NCBI RefSeq assembly: GCF_042660085.1
Contig: NZ_JBHSTI010000033.1
Location: forward strand, 1-16,550
Reading direction: 5' to 3'
Origin: Longivirga aurantiaca
GTDB lineage: Bacteria; Actinomycetota; Actinomycetes; S36-B12; CAIYMF01
Length of the DNA: 16,550 nt
How positions within the stretch are numbered: the stretch's first letter is position 1; each line of letters opens with the position of its first letter. The notes under the pieces are model-generated. The model had not been told where the DNA came from and made no database searches. It saw nothing but the letters and a program-made list of their open reading frames with translations. The position numbers were made by a program, and so were the translations under genes. Below are positions 1 through 7,315 of the stretch, in pieces.

Positions 1-942
1 GACGACGCGCGCCGGGCTCAGCTCGCCGAGGTGCACCCGGGGGTGCCCGCGCTGGCCTCGCTGCGCGAGCTCGTCGACGCCGGCGCCGAGGCCGTCGCGA
101 TCAGCTCCACCACCGGCACGCATGCAGCGCTCGCGCACGAGGCGCTCGACCTCGGCCTGCACGTGGTGGTCGACAAGCCGCTCGCGGTCGACGCCGCCTC
201 GGCGGCCGAGGTCGTCGAGCACGCCGACCGCGCCGGGCTGCTGCTGTCGGTGTTCCAGAACCGGCGCTGGGACTCGGACTTCCTCACGGTGAAGCGGGTG
301 CTCGCCGAGGGGACGCTCGGCGAGGTGTTCCGGTTCGAGTCGCGCTTCGAGCGCTGGTCGCCCGGGCCCCCGCGCGCGTGGTGGCGCAGCGAGCTCCCGC
401 CGTCCGAGGGCGGCGGCGTACGCCTGGACCTCGGCACCCACCTCGTCGACCAGGCGGTGGCGCTGTTCGGGCCGGTCGCGTCGGTGTACGCCGAGGCCTT
501 CACCCGCCGGCCGACGGGGCGCGCCGAGGACGACCTCACGGTGGTGCTGACGCACGCGAACGGCGTGGTGTCGACGCTCGCGGCCAACACCTGGAGCGGC
601 GACATCACGCGGCGGTTCCGCGTGCTCGGCCGCGAGGGCGCGTACGTCGTCGGCGGTGCGGACAGCCAGGAGGACCTGCTGCGCGCGGGGCTGACGCCGG
701 CGTCCGAGGGCGATGCGTGGGGCAGCGAGCCGGTGGAGAGCTGGGGGCACGTGCACCGCGGCGAGGAGCGCACGGTGGTGCCGACCGAGCGCGGCCGGTG
801 GGACACGTTCTACCCTGCGTTCGCCGCCGCCGTCCGGGGCGAGGGCGACGTACCCGTCGACCCGCGCGAGGCCCTGGCCGTCCTGCGCGTGCTCGACGCC
901 GCCGCCGAGAGCGCCGCCACCGCCCGCATCGTCACCCTCTGA
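1..942 (+). CDS. Gfo/Idh/MocA-family NAD(P)-dependent oxidoreductase, 5' end outside the window
   Basis: The frame is open from base 1 (DDARRAQLAE precedes the listed Met at 31). The stop is TGA at 940-942. VVVDKPLA and FQNRRWDSDF are typical of the end of the Gfo/Idh/MocA Rossmann domain and the start of its C-terminal alpha/beta domain. GC3 is high. Confidence 0.8.
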   Translation, partial: DDARRAQLAEVHPGVPALASLRELVDAGAEAVAISSTTGTHAALAHEALDLGLHVVVDKPLAVDAASAAEVVEHADRAGLLLSVFQNRRWDSDFLTVKRVLAEGTLGEVFRFESRFERWSPGPPRAWWRSELPPSEGGGVRLDLGTHLVDQAVALFGPVASVYAEAFTRRPTGRAEDDLTVVLTHANGVVSTLAANTWSGDITRRFRVLGREGAYVVGGADSQEDLLRAGLTPASEGDAWGSEPVESWGHVHRGEERTVVPTERGRWDTFYPAFAAAVRGEGDVPVDPREALAVLRVLDAAAESAATARIVTL

Positions 943-1013
943 CCCCGGCTTTGGGCCCTGAGGGTCGATCACGGCAGTTCACCTGCACTCCTTGACCCCT
1001 ACTCGCGATCTTG

Positions 1014-1041
1014 GTCCCGCCGTCATGCCGTACGGCGGGAC
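1014..1041. terminator. GC-rich hairpin in the convergent gap, candidate factor-independent terminator
   Basis: GTCCCGCCGT (1014-1023) pairs perfectly with ACGGCGGGAC (1032-1041) around an 8-nt loop. It abuts the stop codon of the minus-strand hydrolase (1041-1043). There is no U-tract. Confidence 0.4.
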
Positions 1042-3011
1042 TACTCGAAGACGGCCTCGCGGAACTCCTCGCGCTGTTGGCAGGCGGTCTTGATCGCCTC
1101 GAGCTGCTCGTCCGAGCACTCGAGGTCGAACACGTCGCGGATGAACTCGGGCAGGTCCGCGCGGTAGTCGTGCGCCCAGGCGCGGTACGAGCCCGGCAGC
1201 TGCGCGTTCTTCATGTCGACGAGCAGCTGGAAGAACGTCGTGATCGGACGCCACCGCATCGACGACGGGATGCCGCGCGGCGACCGGCCCGGCAGCTCCT
1301 CGAGCCGCGGGCGGTTGGGCCCGAGCCACTCCGGACGCCGGTTGAGGAGGTTCGCCCCGAACTTGGTGACGCCGTCGTTGTCGTGCGACAGGAGCACGTA
1401 GTGCTTGCGCTCCTTGGCCTCCTCGCCGTACGCCAGGAACTGCTCGTAGTCGTTGACGACTGCCACGGCGTCGTGATCGACGTCGAGGCGGTCCGGGTCG
1501 AGCAGCTCGTGCCGCCACTTGCTGCCCTCGGGCGTGCCGATCCAGAGCGCGCGGTCGATGCCGAGCGCCTGCGGGCCGAGAGTGCCCCAGCCCACGAACG
1601 CCGACTGGCTCGTGTGGGCACCGAGCGACTCGCCGAACAGCACGACCCGCGGACGCTTCTCCGGCGGCATCTCGCGGATGCGCTGCAGGATCCGCAGCCA
1701 CAGCAGGCGGTTCTGCTCCTTGGCGTCGCCGATCTTGCCCAGCGACAGCGGGGACGGGCGCTTGGAGTACTGCAGCGTCACCGACGCCATGTCGCCGCGC
1801 GTCATGTACTGCGTCGCTGCGATGGCGACGTAGTTGACGTAGCCGGTGCCGGTGGGTGAGACGAGCATGATCAGCGACCGCGACCACGCGTCGGTGCGGT
1901 CCATCTCGGCGAGTGCGAGCTCGACGCGCTCCTTCGCCGTCGCCGCGCTGTCGAGACCGATGAAGATCTGGATCGGCGTGGCCTTGGCCGGCTCCTTCAT
2001 CACCGTCTTGATCGACAGCTCGGGGCGCTCGACGCCGTTGATCATGGCCGGCGCGCTCTCCCACTTCTCCGGGCGCACGTAGGTCACGACGTGACGCCGA
2101 CCCTCGCGGCCGAGGGTCTCCCAGCGCACGAGGCTCTCGGGGTCACCGCTCACGAGCGGGTGGGTCCACACCCCGGGCGCGGACTCGTCGATCCCCTCGT
2201 CGTACGTCGAGGTGCCCGCCTCGATACCGTGCATGGCCCGCTTCCAGAGCAGGCTGGTGCCGTAGCCGACACCACCGAGCATCGCGAGGTGCCCGGCGCG
2301 GCGCCACGTGGTCTCCGAGCCCGGCAGCACGCGGCTGCCGACCGAGCCGAGCTGGCGGGCGGCCCACGACTCGCCGATCGCGAGGCCGGCGATGCCGAGG
2401 ACGACACCCATTCCGGCCGCGAGCCCGAGGGCGGGGTTGGACTTCGCCGGGTCGGAGTAGTGCTCGGGCGGGGTCTCGCGCTGGCGGATGCTCTCGATCA
2501 CGCCGGCGGTCACGAGGCCGACCGGGATGGCGATCGGCAGGCGCTCGATGCGGCCGTTGGCCCCGACCAGCTCGTCGAACGCCTTCGTGCCCCACATCGC
2601 GGCGGCGAGGATCGTGGCACCTGCGCCCGTGACGGCGAAGCGCCAGCCGAGCTGACGGATGAGGCCCCGCGTGGCCGTCTCGTTCGGCCGGTGGCCGATG
2701 AAGGCGACGACGCCGAACCCGACGGGGACCACGGCGACGTCGAGCAGGAGCGACGCCGCCCGCTGGCGCTGGTCCATCGTCCAGTGCTCGGGGAACGGGA
2801 AGACGGTCGACATCGCGCCGCCAGCGCCCTCGATGACATCCTGCGCGACTGCCGTCAGGAGGAAGTGGGTGCCGGTCGCGAGGCCCGTGATGAGCCCCTG
2901 GTCGATCCAGCTGCGGTCCGAGAGGGACCGCGTGAAGGTGCCGGGCACCGCTGCCGACGCGAGCACCAGACCGACCTGCTGGCCCCGCCCGACGATCTCC
3001 TTGCTGACCAC
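1041..3011 (-). CDS. Membrane-anchored alpha/beta hydrolase (Abhydrolase_9-like: polytopic N-terminal domain plus C-terminal hydrolase domain), 656 aa
   Basis: This is the C-terminal 656 codons of the 1157-aa track ORF. A GTG at 3011 is preceded by AGGGGAGG 5 nt upstream on the minus strand. The N-terminal half has several hydrophobic helices. The C-terminal half carries the nucleophile elbow FGESLGAH (GxSxG). The track ORF upstream of 3011 translates to an Arg/Gly/Pro-rich sequence antisense to two other genes. Confidence 0.8.
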   Translation of the reverse strand: MVSKEIVGRGQQVGLVLASAAVPGTFTRSLSDRSWIDQGLITGLATGTHFLLTAVAQDVIEGAGGAMSTVFPFPEHWTMDQRQRAASLLLDVAVVPVGFGVVAFIGHRPNETATRGLIRQLGWRFAVTGAGATILAAAMWGTKAFDELVGANGRIERLPIAIPVGLVTAGVIESIRQRETPPEHYSDPAKSNPALGLAAGMGVVLGIAGLAIGESWAARQLGSVGSRVLPGSETTWRRAGHLAMLGGVGYGTSLLWKRAMHGIEAGTSTYDEGIDESAPGVWTHPLVSGDPESLVRWETLGREGRRHVVTYVRPEKWESAPAMINGVERPELSIKTVMKEPAKATPIQIFIGLDSAATAKERVELALAEMDRTDAWSRSLIMLVSPTGTGYVNYVAIAATQYMTRGDMASVTLQYSKRPSPLSLGKIGDAKEQNRLLWLRILQRIREMPPEKRPRVVLFGESLGAHTSQSAFVGWGTLGPQALGIDRALWIGTPEGSKWRHELLDPDRLDVDHDAVAVVNDYEQFLAYGEEAKERKHYVLLSHDNDGVTKFGANLLNRRPEWLGPNRPRLEELPGRSPRGIPSSMRWRPITTFFQLLVDMKNAQLPGSYRAWAHDYRADLPEFIRDVFDLECSDEQLEAIKTACQQREEFREAVFE

Positions 3012-3089
3012 GTCAACCTCCCCTGGCCTGCGCCGACCACGTCCGTCTGCGACCGTAGTGCACCAGGACGGGTGAGGGAGAGGCGACCG

Positions 3090-3875
3090 GTGAAGGTGCT
3101 CAGCCGCACGGCGGGCGGCGTGGCGCTCGTGGCGGGCATCGTCATGGGCGTCTGGCTGCTCGGCGACATCGGCGCCATGGCCGGGGTCGTGCTCGCGATG
3201 CTCGGCTTCCAGGCCCTCACCCGGAAGGTCGAGGGCCAGCACTACGTCAGCGCCGCCCTCATCACCACCGCCGGCCTCATCGTCATCGGCTGGAAGCACG
3301 GCGTCACGCTGACCGAGCTCGGGCTCGGACGCAGCACCTGGCTCACCGGTCTCATCTGGTCGGTCGGCATCATCCTGACGATCGGGATCGTGATCGGGAT
3401 CGCCGGCGGCATCCCGCGCATGCACAAGTACTTCGCGGACGACCGGGTCTCCGACGCCGACGGCGTCCTCACGTCGAGGCGCGTGCTGCTCGACATCCCC
3501 TTCGGCACGGTTCTCGTGGAGGAGTTCGCCTTTCGCGGACTGCTCCTCGCGCTCATGACCGCGCAGTGGGGGGTCGTCTGGGCGGTCGCGATCACGTCGC
3601 TGCTCTTCGGGCTCTGGCACATCGGGCCGGCGCTGGAGATGCACAGCGCGCACCAGGAGGCGACGGGCCACGTGCTCGTCACCGTCGGCTCGACCGTGCT
3701 GTTCACCGGCCTGTCCGGCGTGGGGTTCGCAGTGCTGCGGATCTTCACCGGCAGCCTGTTCCCGCCGGCCGCCCTGCACTGGGCCGCCAACGGCACCGGC
3801 GTCGTGGTCGGCTTCTTCGTCAACCGCCGCCTGCGCCACCAGGCCGAGGCCGCAGCCCTCGACCCCCCGGCATAG
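3090..3875 (+). CDS. CPBP-family intramembrane glutamic endopeptidase (CAAX protease / Abi family), 261 aa
   Basis: A GTG at 3090 is preceded by GGGAGAGG at 3075-3082. All three CPBP signature motifs are present: VEEFAFRG (EExxxR), FGLWH (FxxxH) and HWAAN (HxxxN). The protein is hydrophobic throughout. The stop is TAG at 3873-3875. Confidence 0.8.
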   Translation: MKVLSRTAGGVALVAGIVMGVWLLGDIGAMAGVVLAMLGFQALTRKVEGQHYVSAALITTAGLIVIGWKHGVTLTELGLGRSTWLTGLIWSVGIILTIGIVIGIAGGIPRMHKYFADDRVSDADGVLTSRRVLLDIPFGTVLVEEFAFRGLLLALMTAQWGVVWAVAITSLLFGLWHIGPALEMHSAHQEATGHVLVTVGSTVLFTGLSGVGFAVLRIFTGSLFPPAALHWAANGTGVVVGFFVNRRLRHQAEAAALDPPA

Positions 3876-3925
3876 CGCTGGGCGAGGGCTCCCCCGGCGG
3901 CGGCCAGGTCGCGCCGAAGTAGCGG

Positions 3926-4624
3926 CTACGCGCCCCAGGAATCGGGGTGAGCCGTCGGGCCGGACACCTCGGTCAGCGTGGCCACGACGTCGCCCGTCGT
4001 ACGCCGGAGCAGCAGCCCACCGGGGCCCACGACGTCCTCGCCCGACCGGTCGAGCCCGTCCCCGCTGAGCCGCCAGTGCCGCAGCGTGCCATCGACGTCC
4101 GAGCCGCCGACCATCACCACCTCGTCGCCGGCGTCCTGCACGGACACCTCGACCGGCACCGGCACGAGGAAGGTCGACGCGTCGAGCGCATCGCCCACCT
4201 CGAAGGAGTACGCCGGGCCCGCGGCGAGCCGTCCGCCGAGCACCAGGGCGGGGAGCACGAGCGGGCCGCCGACCGAGACGGGCTCGAGCTCGACGTCGTC
4301 GACGAACCGGCGCACCTCGACGGCACCCGGCACCTCGACGCAGGCGACCGTCGCGCCCCGGACGACTCCGGTGCCCGAGCCGACCCAGCGCAGGACGACG
4401 GCGAAGACCTCGGCCGACCAGCGCGCGTCGACCTCGAGCCGGCTCACCGGGGCCGCCGCGATCCGGGTCGAGCGCACCCGCCAGGCGCCCGGACCGACCT
4501 CGCCCGCCACCCACTGCTCGTCGACCCCGGCAGCACCGCCGTCCACCCGCCGGTGGAGGTAGCGCCCTCGTGACCGGTCGGCGTCCTTCGGCATATCGGG
4601 CATCGCGGGATCAGCAGCGCTCAC
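3926..4624 (-). CDS. Hypothetical protein with no motif I recognise (about 225-232 aa)
   Basis: GC3 is strongly G/C in this minus frame along the whole ORF. A GTG at 4624 is preceded by GGGAGGA 7 nt upstream. An alternative start is the ATG at 4603 (MPDMPKD). The sequence is rich in Val, Gly, Asp and Glu, consistent with beta structure, and has no TM segment. Confidence 0.55.
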   Translation of the reverse strand: MSAADPAMPDMPKDADRSRGRYLHRRVDGGAAGVDEQWVAGEVGPGAWRVRSTRIAAAPVSRLEVDARWSAEVFAVVLRWVGSGTGVVRGATVACVEVPGAVEVRRFVDDVELEPVSVGGPLVLPALVLGGRLAAGPAYSFEVGDALDASTFLVPVPVEVSVQDAGDEVVMVGGSDVDGTLRHWRLSGDGLDRSGEDVVGPGGLLLRRTTGDVVATLTEVSGPTAHPDSWGA

Positions 4625-4710
4625 GCCCTCATCCTCCCAGCCGCCCGCGGGCCCGCACCTCGCCGACACCGCGACCTCGGTCACCACGGGGCCGTGCCTC
4701 GCGACAGGAT

Positions 4711-5280
4711 GTGCCCGTGGAGCTTCAGGGAGCCGTGCGACCCGACCAGCCGCTGCTCGTCGTCGCGCTCGACCTCGAGGCGGCGCAGCTCGGCGACCGT
4801 CTGCCCGTGCTGCTGACCGGCGTCGGCAAGGTCCGGGCGGCCATCGCGGTGACGCGGCTGCTCGCCACCGCGCGGCCCTCGATGGTCGTCAACATCGGCA
4901 CCGCGGGCGGCCTCCGGCATGGGCTCGACGGCGTCCACGAGATCGGGACCGTCCTCCAGCACGACTTCGCCAGCGAGGCGATCGAGAAGATCACCGGCAT
5001 CCGGTTCGGGCCGCCGATCGAGCTGGGCGCAGGGCTCACGCTCGCGACCGGCGACCAGTTCGTGCAGGGCGGACCGGTCCGCGACGCGCTCGCCGAGCGC
5101 GCCGACCTCGTCGACATGGAGGCGTACGCCGTCGCCGCGGCGTGCCGTGAGGCCGACGTGCCGGTGCGCATCGTGAAGCTCGTGAGCGACGACGCCGACG
5201 AGCACGCGCTGCGGTCGTGGGTCGACACCGTCTCCGACCACGCCCGCACCCTCGCGACCTGGGTCGACGAGCACCTGTAG
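4711..5280 (+). CDS. PNP_UDP_1-family nucleosidase (MTA/SAH nucleosidase-like or futalosine-hydrolase-like), about 189 aa
   Basis: TGVGKVRAA, NIGTAGG, DMEAYAVAAAC and VSDDAD match conserved blocks of MtnN/Pfs-type nucleosidases. The start is ambiguous among in-frame GTGs at 4711, 4717 and 4735. The track ORF from 4570 has a Pro/Arg-rich, non-protein-like N-terminus. Confidence 0.7.
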   Translation: MPVELQGAVRPDQPLLVVALDLEAAQLGDRLPVLLTGVGKVRAAIAVTRLLATARPSMVVNIGTAGGLRHGLDGVHEIGTVLQHDFASEAIEKITGIRFGPPIELGAGLTLATGDQFVQGGPVRDALAERADLVDMEAYAVAAACREADVPVRIVKLVSDDADEHALRSWVDTVSDHARTLATWVDEHL

Positions 5281-5296
5281 ACCAGGCGGCACGGCG

Positions 5297-5417
5297 TAGC
5301 TGAGTCGTGGATCCGTCGCAGAGCGCACGCGCGTTACCCGGGTAACCCGGGTCGCCTCTAGCTGAGTCGTGGATCCGTCGCAGAGCGCACGCTCGTTACC
5401 CGGGTAACCCGGGTCGC
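5297..5417. repeat. Tandem direct repeat, 2 x 59 bp with a 62-bp period, each unit carrying the palindrome GTTACCCGGGTAAC
   Basis: Copy 1 (5297-5355) and copy 2 (5359-5417) are identical except for one base (G at 5331, T at 5393). Unit sequence: TAGCTGAGTCGTGGATCCGTCGCAGAGCGCACGC(G/T)CGTTACCCGGGTAACCCGGGTCGC. The repeat occupies almost all of the 140-bp gap between two convergent stop codons. Confidence 0.9.
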
Positions 5418-5420
5418 GCG

Positions 5421-6296
5421 TCAGGCGCGGAGGATCGGGCGGGTCATGCAGGTGGGGCCGCCCTCGCCCTTGTCGCTCTGCTCGGAGTCGAAGGTGTGCA
5501 CCTCGACACCCTTCTCGCGCAAGGCATCCGCGGTCCGCACGTTGCGCTCGCCCATCAGCACGACGCCGGGACGCACCGCGAGGATGTTGCAGCCGAGGGT
5601 GACGTACTCCTCGTCGTCGACGACGATCCACTCGATGCCGCGCTTGGCCAGCGACTGCAGCATCGCGACGGGCGCGAGCTTCTCGTAGACGACGGCGAGG
5701 TCCTCGCGCACCGGCGAGATGGTCGACATCAGGTGCAGGCAGTACTCCGGGCCGAGGTCGTGCGGGAGGTCGAAGACCTCGACCTTCACGCCGTCGGCGG
5801 CGAGGATCCCACGCACCTGGTCGACCGCGTCCTGGTTCGTGCGGTAGCTGCGGCCGATCGCGACGGTGTCCTCGTCCATCCAGTACATGTCGCCGGCATC
5901 CGCCGTGGCGTCGCCGACGAGACGGCCCACGGTCGGAACGCCGGCCGACTCGAGGCCCGCGATGAGGTGCGCACCCTCACCACGTCGCGCCTCCTTGGCC
6001 GCGACCAGCTCGATCGACCCCGACGGGCCGACGAAGACGGGGTCGTACACGAACACGGCGTCCGGCAGGCCCGGCACGGGGTCGAGCTCGACGACGTCCG
6101 ACCCGAGGTCGCGCAAGGTCTGCACGAAGCCCGCGTGCTGCGCGGCGAGGCGGTCGAGGTCGGGCGTCTGCCAGTGCGCCGCCTCGTACTGCGCGACGAC
6201 GTCGGGGCCGCCGGTGAGCGGGCGGCGCACGGCGACGCGCAGGAGCGGCGCGACCGACGAGCGGACGCCGTACGACGAGGTGGTGGATGCGGTCAT
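5421..6296 (-). CDS. Guanidino-group-modifying enzyme, dimethylarginine dimethylaminohydrolase / amidinotransferase family, 291 aa
   Basis: The start is the ATG at 6296 (MTASTTSSYG). The C-terminal GGPTCMTRPI carries the catalytic Cys context typical of the DDAH / arginine deiminase / amidinotransferase superfamily. FVYDP, GDMYW and CLHLMS blocks are also present. The first 90 residues of the track ORF are non-protein-like. Confidence 0.75.
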   Translation of the reverse strand: MTASTTSSYGVRSSVAPLLRVAVRRPLTGGPDVVAQYEAAHWQTPDLDRLAAQHAGFVQTLRDLGSDVVELDPVPGLPDAVFVYDPVFVGPSGSIELVAAKEARRGEGAHLIAGLESAGVPTVGRLVGDATADAGDMYWMDEDTVAIGRSYRTNQDAVDQVRGILAADGVKVEVFDLPHDLGPEYCLHLMSTISPVREDLAVVYEKLAPVAMLQSLAKRGIEWIVVDDEEYVTLGCNILAVRPGVVLMGERNVRTADALREKGVEVHTFDSEQSDKGEGGPTCMTRPILRA

Positions 6297-6349
6297 GGGC
6301 GGGAGCCTGCCAGAGCGGGGAGGCAGCAGGAAACCCGTGTGCCGACGCC

Positions 6350-6388
6350 GTCGAATCCGGGAGGGTGTGCTCGTACAGGGGGTGAGGG
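6350..6388 (+). promoter_or_regulatory. Candidate ECF-type promoter P1 upstream of DGPF gene 1
   Basis: GTCGAA at 6350-6355, a 15-nt spacer, TCGTACAG at 6371-6378, 3 nt, then GTGAGGG at 6382-6388. It ends 31 nt before the ATG at 6420. The same boxes with the same spacing occur at 6781-6819 and at 15472-15510 on the minus strand. Confidence 0.55.
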
Positions 6389-6419
6389 GCGGCGAGGCGC
6401 CGCCCGCCGAGGAGGAGCC

Positions 6420-6770
6420 ATGGCCTACTACAAGCTGAGCGTCTGCTACCCGAACGGCGTCGCCGAGCCGGACGCCGACGAGCTCGCACGGATCATGGCC
6501 GAGGTGGGAGCGCTGAACGACGACCTCAAGGCGGCGGGCGCCTGGGTGTTCGGTGGCGGCCTGCACGAGCCGTCGACCGCCACGGTGGTCGTGACGACCG
6601 AGGGCAGCACGTCGATGACCGACGGCCCGTTCATCGAGTCCAAGGAGCAGATCGGCGGCTTCACCATCGTGGAGGTCGACGACCTCGACGCCGCGCTCGC
6701 CTGGGCCGCGCGGTTCTCCACCGCGACGGGCACCCCCATCGAGGTCTGGCCGTTCGCCGGCATCGGCTGA
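6420..6770 (+). CDS. YciI/DGPF-family protein, paralog 1, 116 aa
   Basis: An ATG at 6420 is preceded by GGAGGAG. MAYYKLSV..., AAGAWVFGGGL, TDGPFIESKEQIGGF and IEVWPF are the hallmark blocks of YCII-related DGPF-domain proteins. Only the last 116 codons of track ORF 5496-6770 are real. Confidence 0.85.
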   Translation: MAYYKLSVCYPNGVAEPDADELARIMAEVGALNDDLKAAGAWVFGGGLHEPSTATVVVTTEGSTSMTDGPFIESKEQIGGFTIVEVDDLDAALAWAARFSTATGTPIEVWPFAGIG

Positions 6771-6780
6771 GCGCCGTCCT

Positions 6781-6819
6781 GTCGAAGCGGCCCGACGCTG
6801 TTCGTACAGCAGACGAGGG
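6781..6819 (+). promoter_or_regulatory. Candidate ECF-type promoter P2 upstream of DGPF gene 2 and, possibly, the sigma gene
   Basis: (T)GTCGAA at 6780-6786, a 15-nt spacer, TCGTACAG at 6802-6809, 3 nt, then ACGAGGG at 6813-6819. It lies in the 159-bp gap after DGPF gene 1, 110 nt before the ATG at 6930. Confidence 0.55.
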
Positions 6820-6929
6820 CGCCGCGACCGGCCCTCGCGAGGGAGGCCTGGCTGCCTCGTGGGCGGGCAGGGGCACCCTCATGCGGAATCTGAGAACGTT
6901 GTGGCACAGCATCACGAGAGGCGAGAACC

Positions 6930-7283
6930 ATGAGCGAGTACCTGCTGGCAGTGCACGGGTCGGACGACCAGGCCAACTACGCGACCGACGAGGAGATGCA
7001 GGCCGCGTTCGCAGCGGTCAACGCGTTCAACGCCGACCTGCAGGCGGCCGGCGCCTGGGTCTTCGCCGGCGGTCTGATGCCCAAGGAGACGGCGTCCGTC
7101 GTGCGGCCCACGGCCGACGGCGGGTTCACCCGTACCGACGGCCCGTTCCTCGAGAGCAAGGAGCACCTCGGCGGCTTCTGGGTGATCGACGTGGCCGACG
7201 ACGACGCGGCGTTCGAGTGGGCCGCCAAGGGGGCCAAGGCCTGCGCCCAGCCCGTCGAGGTGCGCCCCTTCCAGGGCGTGTGA
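6930..7283 (+). CDS. YciI/DGPF-family protein, paralog 2, 117 aa
   Basis: MSEYLLAVHG..., AAGAWVFAGGL, TDGPFLESKEHLGGFWVIDVAD and VEVRPFQGV. It is closely similar to the protein encoded at 15082-15438. Confidence 0.85.
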   Translation: MSEYLLAVHGSDDQANYATDEEMQAAFAAVNAFNADLQAAGAWVFAGGLMPKETASVVRPTADGGFTRTDGPFLESKEHLGGFWVIDVADDDAAFEWAAKGAKACAQPVEVRPFQGV

Positions 7284-7315
7284 CCCTCCCAGCACCGGTG
7301 GCCCTCCCCGTGAGA

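Noticed and set aside
3012-4514. N-terminal 500 codons of the 1157-aa minus-strand track ORF (1041-4514)
   Set aside because: The translation is Arg/Gly/Pro/Ala-rich low-complexity sequence. It lies antisense to the motif-bearing CPBP gene and off-frame over the 3926-4624 gene. A GTG with a strong SD at 3011 gives a complete hydrolase. This is a typical stop-free artefact of high GC content.
5297-5417. Tandem repeat considered as a CRISPR array
   Set aside because: There are only two units, directly abutting with a 3-nt gap and no unique spacers. The unit length is about 59 bp and there are no cas genes in the window.
5496-6419. First 308 codons of the 424-aa plus-strand ORF (5496-6770), and the equivalent upstream part of ORF 2091-3875
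   Set aside because: Each is antisense to a motif-bearing minus-strand gene (the DDAH-like enzyme and the membrane hydrolase respectively). Only the downstream parts (6420-6770 and 3090-3875), which have an SD and family motifs, are real.
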